Source: Acaryochloris marina MBIC11017 (GTDB lineage: Bacteria; Cyanobacteriota; Cyanobacteriia; Thermosynechococcales; Thermosynechococcaceae). Taken from it: DNA of 32,000 nt. Shown in pieces: positions 27,424-32,000 of this stretch. The notes below the pieces were generated by a model. The model made no database searches. It was not told the origin of the DNA and saw only the letters and a list, made by a program, of their open reading frames with translations. The DNA lies in NCBI RefSeq assembly GCF_000018105.1, contig NC_009925.1, positions 1,650,001 to 1,682,000 on the forward strand. The letters are read 5' to 3'. A program made the translations under genes and the position numbers. Each line of letters begins with the position of its first letter. The stretch's first letter is position 1.

Positions 27424-28059
27424 ATGCCCAACGAGTCCACACCTGTTCAGGATTCTATTGAAAGCCCAGAAGAGACAACGATTACGGTGCCTCTGTCTTT
27501 GCTGGACCGGATTGTGCAGTTTTTCACCATTAAACTGGCCAAGTCTCTTGCTCACTTCACCTGGATTACCCCCAATCGAGTCACCTGGGTGTCTGCAGGG
27601 ATTGGCGGTCCTCTGACGGGATGGCTGATTATTCAGGAGCAGTTCTGGCTGGCAACGGCATTAGTGGTGGTCAGTGGCTTGATGGACGGATTGGATGGGG
27701 ACATCGCCCGAGAACGCAATCTGACTTCGATTGAAGGGGGTATTTTAGACAGCGTTTTAGATCGTTATGTCGATTTCTTCTTGATTGCAGCACTTATTTT
27801 GGTCAACCCCACTGAACATTTACTCGTGGGCCTATTTGCCCTAATGGGAACCACAATGGTGCCTTACATTCGGGCTAGAAGTGAGGTCGCCGGTAAAAGT
27901 TCGATTGCCAGTATTGGCAGCCGAGCGACCCGCATCGTCTTGATTATTTTGGGATTGCTCACCCAACAGCTGTTTATTTTGCTGATTGCATTAGCCGTTA
28001 TTTCCAATATTGCTGCAGTTCACCGATTTTGGTTTGCGCTGATTCCTGCCGAAGATTAG
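27424..28059 (+). CDS. CDP-alcohol phosphatidyltransferase family protein (non-PgsA type)
   Basis: The complete motif D-x2-DG-x2-AR-x8-G-x3-D-x3-D is present in MDGLDGDIARERNLTSIEGGILDSVLDRYVD (27685-27762). It has an ITPNRVT entry helix, about 5-6 TM helices and a hydrophilic ~25-aa N-terminus. Confidence 0.9.
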   Translation: MPNESTPVQDSIESPEETTITVPLSLLDRIVQFFTIKLAKSLAHFTWITPNRVTWVSAGIGGPLTGWLIIQEQFWLATALVVVSGLMDGLDGDIARERNLTSIEGGILDSVLDRYVDFFLIAALILVNPTEHLLVGLFALMGTTMVPYIRARSEVAGKSSIASIGSRATRIVLIILGLLTQQLFILLIALAVISNIAAVHRFWFALIPAED

Positions 28060-28134
28060 CCCACTCCTTCTCCATGCCTGTTCTTCAGAGAGACAAACTC
28101 GTTATAGTGATTACCTAATGCATGCGTTTCTTCC

Positions 28135-29040
28135 ATGCTCTCAGGTAGTCAGAAGGCAGACCCCATGGCGAATACAGAAATAAGAGAACGCTTGCCAGAG
28201 TGGCTACGCCGCCCGATTGGCAAGGCCAGTGAGCTATCCACCGTCCAGCAAATCGTCAAACGCCATAATATCCACACTATTTGTGAAGAAGGCCGATGTC
28301 CTAATCGGGGCGAATGCTATGCCCAAAAAACGGCCACGTTTTTACTCATGGGACCTGTCTGCACCCGGGCCTGTTCGTTTTGCCAGGTTGATAAGGGCCA
28401 TACCCCCCAACCCTTGAATGAACAAGAACCTCAGAAGGTCGCTGATTCTGTACGGTTACTGGGTTTGAAATATGTAGTACTCACTTCAGTGGCTCGAGAT
28501 GATTTACCCGATCAAGGGGCGGGATGGTTTGCCGCAACCATGGCCGCCATTCGAACCGTCAGCCCCCATACCGATATTGAAGTGCTAACCCCTGATTTTC
28601 GAGGCGATCTCAACTTGATTGCCACCGTTGTTGCTGCCCGACCCGTTTGCTACAACCACAACCTGGAAACGGTTCGACGCCTTCAAGGACCAGTACGACG
28701 AGGAGCAAAATATGAGCGTTCGCTCCAGGTACTAGCCACCGTTAAGGAACTTGCACCTAAAAATGATGTCATACCTAGTATTGCTACCAAATCTGGTCTA
28801 ATGCTGGGATTGGGAGAAACGGAAACTGAAATCATCGAAACGATGGAGGACCTAAGGTCAGTGGGATGCGACCGCATCACCTTAGGTCAATATATGCGCC
28901 CGTCCCTCAACCATCTCCCGGTCCAGAAATACTGGCATCCCGAGGAGTTTGATCGCCTAGGTGAGATTGCTCGCTCTCTCGGATTTAGCCACGTCCGGTC
29001 TGGCCCTTTAGTCAGAAGTTCATACCACGCTGGAGAGTAA
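28135..29040 (+). CDS. lipA: Lipoyl synthase
   Basis: Auxiliary cluster [12 protein letters not shown], radical SAM cluster [10 protein letters not shown], and C-terminal RSSYHA. The start could instead be the second Met at 28165. Confidence 0.95.
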   Translation: MLSGSQKADPMANTEIRERLPEWLRRPIGKASELSTVQQIVKRHNIHTICEEGRCPNRGECYAQKTATFLLMGPVCTRACSFCQVDKGHTPQPLNEQEPQKVADSVRLLGLKYVVLTSVARDDLPDQGAGWFAATMAAIRTVSPHTDIEVLTPDFRGDLNLIATVVAARPVCYNHNLETVRRLQGPVRRGAKYERSLQVLATVKELAPKNDVIPSIATKSGLMLGLGETETEIIETMEDLRSVGCDRITLGQYMRPSLNHLPVQKYWHPEEFDRLGEIARSLGFSHVRSGPLVRSSYHAGE

Positions 29041-29066
29041 GCTCCCGACTATCGCTGGAAGCATAG

Positions 29067-29666
29067 ATGAAGGATGTTACCGCTCAAACTAACGCCATTG
29101 CTGATTGTCTCAAAACCTTGGAGCAAGTCTCCGCAATGGTTCACGGCCTAACCGAACAGGCTAATCCTCTGACCGAGGCGCTGGATATGGCCCAATTTAA
29201 TCGTGGTGTCGGAAAAGCCCTGACTCATCTGTTTGAGTTAGAAGCAGATCTATACGATTTAGAACCTGACTATACCCCCGAACATCGACGCCCCTCTTTA
29301 GCGCCAATCAATTTAGGAGCTGTTTTAAATTACTTATCCACCCCCAATAAACCCGCACAATATTCTGCACAACGACAGCTTGCTAGCCATATGACAGATG
29401 TCGTTGCGGCTGAATTCACGGAAGCCTGTGCCCAGGGGCAAGGGTTAGAATTCGCTCAGAAATGGTGGGAATCACAGAATAAGCCTTTTATTCCAGTCAT
29501 TCAGACCTACCGGGATCTCCACCACGCCAGGAAATATGTGCGTTATCACAGTGCAGCACTGCTAGGGGATATCTTCAACATCACCCTATGGGATGACGGC
29601 TCACAAGAGGTATTACTGAACGACGCTCAAGACTGGTTTACTCAATGGTTACAAACACAAGCCTAA
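29067..29666 (+). CDS. Hypothetical protein
   Basis: 199-aa ORF beginning 27 nt after lipA. No overlapping alternative frame and no motif recognised. Confidence 0.55.
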   Translation: MKDVTAQTNAIADCLKTLEQVSAMVHGLTEQANPLTEALDMAQFNRGVGKALTHLFELEADLYDLEPDYTPEHRRPSLAPINLGAVLNYLSTPNKPAQYSAQRQLASHMTDVVAAEFTEACAQGQGLEFAQKWWESQNKPFIPVIQTYRDLHHARKYVRYHSAALLGDIFNITLWDDGSQEVLLNDAQDWFTQWLQTQA

Positions 29667-29784
29667 ATATGCACTCCAGCAAAGGTTAGACGGTATTGGT
29701 TTAAATTATTGCGAGTCTTCAAATTTCCAAGCTTTCGGTTACAGGGAAATCCCACCCCTATTGCATCATTAAACGATATTAATC

Positions 29785-30309
29785 ATGCTTGTGAAAAATC
29801 TCTTTAACTCCATCCGTACTGGCCTCATATTGAGCACTACCCTCTTGATGTTCAGTTGTGACGCAAACTCAGGTAAATCTCCACCCACCTTTCAATCCGT
29901 CCCCATCTTAGGGAAATTATCAGTCGGGAAAACGTTACCGAGTTATGCAGGCAGTTCAGAATCCGGTCAACAGGCGGGAAATACGCCCAAAGATCGGAAG
30001 TATCTGATTCATCTGTTACATACAGACCTACCTCCCCTTTGTGTCAATGAAGAATGCGGTGCATTTGGTTCCATCGCCAATATCAAAGGCGCGGATCTCT
30101 ATGGCGGTTCTGATCTGAAACTAGCCGATCAAGTCTTTGGTATTTTCCCCACGGACTATAAAAGCTTTCAACAACAATCGCAAAATTATGGGGTTTTGAT
30201 TATTTCCGATCAGCAAGCCAAAATTCGAGCCATTTACCAACATGTCTATTTACCAGACGTGGAAACTATCCTGCAAGACTCGGAGGCCATCTTCGCCCAA
30301 GCTGACTGA
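29785..30309 (+). CDS. Putative lipoprotein
   Basis: The N-terminus MLVKNLFNSIRTGLILSTTLLMFSC has a lipobox-like LMFS|C. No further domain recognised. Confidence 0.55.
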   Translation: MLVKNLFNSIRTGLILSTTLLMFSCDANSGKSPPTFQSVPILGKLSVGKTLPSYAGSSESGQQAGNTPKDRKYLIHLLHTDLPPLCVNEECGAFGSIANIKGADLYGGSDLKLADQVFGIFPTDYKSFQQQSQNYGVLIISDQQAKIRAIYQHVYLPDVETILQDSEAIFAQAD

Positions 30310-30367
30310 ATTTCAGATCATGAGATAGGATCACGAAGTATTCTTTCTCAAAATTGATCTACTCTGC

Positions 30368-31699
30368 ATGGCCAATCAGCCCTCCGTCGCCGTTGCTCAT
30401 CTCGGCTGTGAAAAAAATCGTGTTGACACTGAACATATGCTGGGATTGCTGGTGGAAGCAGGCTATCCCGTCGACAGCGATGAAGCCTTTGCCGACTACG
30501 TGATCGTTAACACCTGCAGCTTTATCCAAGCAGCCCGGGAAGAGTCTGTACGCACCCTAGTCGAACTAGCCGAAGCCAACAAAAAAATTGTGATTACAGG
30601 CTGCATGGCTCAGCATTTCCAAGAGGAATTGCTAGAAGAACTCCCCGAAGCCGTTGCCCTCGTCGGTACCGGAGACTATCACAAAATCGTAGATGTGATT
30701 CAGCGCGCCGAAGCGGGAGAGCGGGTGAAAGAAGTCTCACCTGAACCGACCTATATCGCCGATGAAACCGTTCCTCGGTATCGCACCACCACCGAAGGCA
30801 CTGCCTATGTCCGCATTGCTGAAGGCTGTGACTATGGCTGTGCCTTTTGCATCATTCCCCATTTGCGTGGCAAACAGCGGTCGCGCTCGATCGAGTCCAT
30901 CGTGGCGGAAGCCCAACAATTAGCCGCCGAAGGCGTGCAGGAGCTAATTTTAATTTCCCAAATTACCACTAACTACGGCATTGACCTCTACGGCAAACCC
31001 CAGCTCGCTGAACTACTTCGGGCTCTAGGCGAAGTTGATGTCCCTTGGATTCGCATGCATTACGCCTATCCCACGGGCTTAACCCCAGAAGTAATGGCGG
31101 CCATTCAAGAAACGGATAACGTTCTGCCCTACTTAGATTTGCCTTTGCAACATTCCCACCCAGAAGTCTTGCGGGCTATGAATCGACCTTGGCAAGGTCA
31201 AGTGAACGATCAAATTATTGAGAAAATCAAAACTGCCTTGCCGGATGCGGTTCTCCGCACCACATTTATTGTGGGATTCCCCGGAGAAACAGACGAGCAT
31301 TTTGAGCATCTCTGTGAGTTTGTCCAGCGGCATGAATTCGATCACGTAGGCGTGTTTACCTTCTCGCCAGAAGAAGGCACCCCCGCGTTTGATTTGCCCA
31401 ATCAATTGCCTCAAGACGTGATGGATGCACGACGCGATCGCTTGATGGCATTGCAACAACCCATCTCCTGGCAACAAAACCAGCAAGAAGTTGGCAAAAC
31501 GGTACAAGTCTTAATCGAGCAAGAACATCCTGGCTCTGGTCAGCTCATCGGTCGCTCGCCTCGGTTCTCTGCCGATGTGGACGGTCTCGTCTATATCGAT
31601 CCTGGTGAGGCTCCATCACCTCGTTTAGGCAGCTTAACCCCTGTCCAGATTACAGATGCAGATGCCTACGACCTCCAGGGACAACTGGTGAGCCAATAA
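30368..31699 (+). CDS. rimO: Ribosomal protein S12 methylthiotransferase
   Basis: 443 aa. The MTTase N-domain has [10 protein letters not shown]...NTCSFI...GC, the radical SAM motif is [14 protein letters not shown], and there is a C-terminal TRAM-like domain. The size and N-terminus fit RimO rather than MiaB. Confidence 0.85.
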   Translation: MANQPSVAVAHLGCEKNRVDTEHMLGLLVEAGYPVDSDEAFADYVIVNTCSFIQAAREESVRTLVELAEANKKIVITGCMAQHFQEELLEELPEAVALVGTGDYHKIVDVIQRAEAGERVKEVSPEPTYIADETVPRYRTTTEGTAYVRIAEGCDYGCAFCIIPHLRGKQRSRSIESIVAEAQQLAAEGVQELILISQITTNYGIDLYGKPQLAELLRALGEVDVPWIRMHYAYPTGLTPEVMAAIQETDNVLPYLDLPLQHSHPEVLRAMNRPWQGQVNDQIIEKIKTALPDAVLRTTFIVGFPGETDEHFEHLCEFVQRHEFDHVGVFTFSPEEGTPAFDLPNQLPQDVMDARRDRLMALQQPISWQQNQQEVGKTVQVLIEQEHPGSGQLIGRSPRFSADVDGLVYIDPGEAPSPRLGSLTPVQITDADAYDLQGQLVSQ

Positions 31700-32000
31700 T
31701 CATTGCCCTTGGCATTGGAATGTTTTTTTAGACAGTTGGAGTCGCTCATCTGTCTAACCAAATGTCATGATTACTTGACTTATAATGCATTTTGTTACAC
31801 TTTGTTGCAGAATAGAAACAATAGAGAGAACATAGTTCTGTTTATTATCGCCAACTCATACCTGTTGGCACCCTACTGCCCTCTTTTAATCAACCACTCC
31901 CTACAGAGTGGTGTTAGACCGCCTAACTTCATATTTGACGAGCAGACACTGATAGTCATGATTCAGATGCTGCGGTGATTGCTCGGTAGATGTTTATCTG

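Noticed and set aside
31703-31978. 91-aa ORF after rimO.
   Set aside because: The region is AT-rich, the composition is odd (many C/L/N/I/F residues), there is no motif, and the ORF runs close to the window end. It is more likely a non-coding promoter or terminator region.
1-32000. A search for CRISPR arrays, tRNA/rRNA genes, intact IS elements and long direct repeats.
   Set aside because: I saw no regularly spaced repeats, no tRNA-like T-arm/acceptor patterns in intergenic regions, and no transposase-length ORFs. A by-eye scan cannot exclude short or degenerate elements.

Overview
This window looks like cyanobacterial chromosome. The octamer GCGATCGC (HIP1) occurs at least 16 times by eye, for example at 1904, 3527, 4304, 9448, 11591, 14599, 16352, 20220, 24218 and 31434. 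I found about 28 credible genes and no rRNA, tRNA, CRISPR array or intact mobile element.

Gene order, left to right:
- 3' end of an S8 subtilase.
- A small convergent I9-propeptide-like ORF that contains a 38-bp perfect palindrome.
- A roughly 0.9-kb ORF-poor stretch holding a decayed ParE/RelE-type toxin-antitoxin pair.
- Uma2 endonuclease, recF, an RNase D-like exonuclease and a YciI-like protein.
- A truncated DUF5615 gene followed by four co-directional orphan ORFs (a possible small island).
- An ABC1/UbiB kinase.
- An almost complete glucosylglycerol (GG) osmolyte locus: ggpS, a divergent GH13-like gghA, glpK and stpA/ggpP. It is interrupted by a roughly 4-kb gene for a giant multidomain carbohydrate-binding protein, which carries a frameshift in a G6 run.
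- A divergent set of non-housekeeping lipid-type enzymes: B12 radical SAM, CarS-like cytidylyltransferase, sphingosine-kinase-like lipid kinase, an internally duplicated beta-barrel outer-membrane protein, and a CDP-alcohol phosphotransferase.
- lipA, two hypothetical genes and rimO.

The best candidate for an undescribed system is the lipid-type divergon at about 21.3-28.1 kb. Its kinase, cytidylyltransferase and phosphotransferase would form three consecutive steps of a CDP-activated lipid (or phosphodiester) pathway. That link is inference from domain content and adjacency only.

All family assignments come from motif recognition by eye in the supplied translations. No database search was run.
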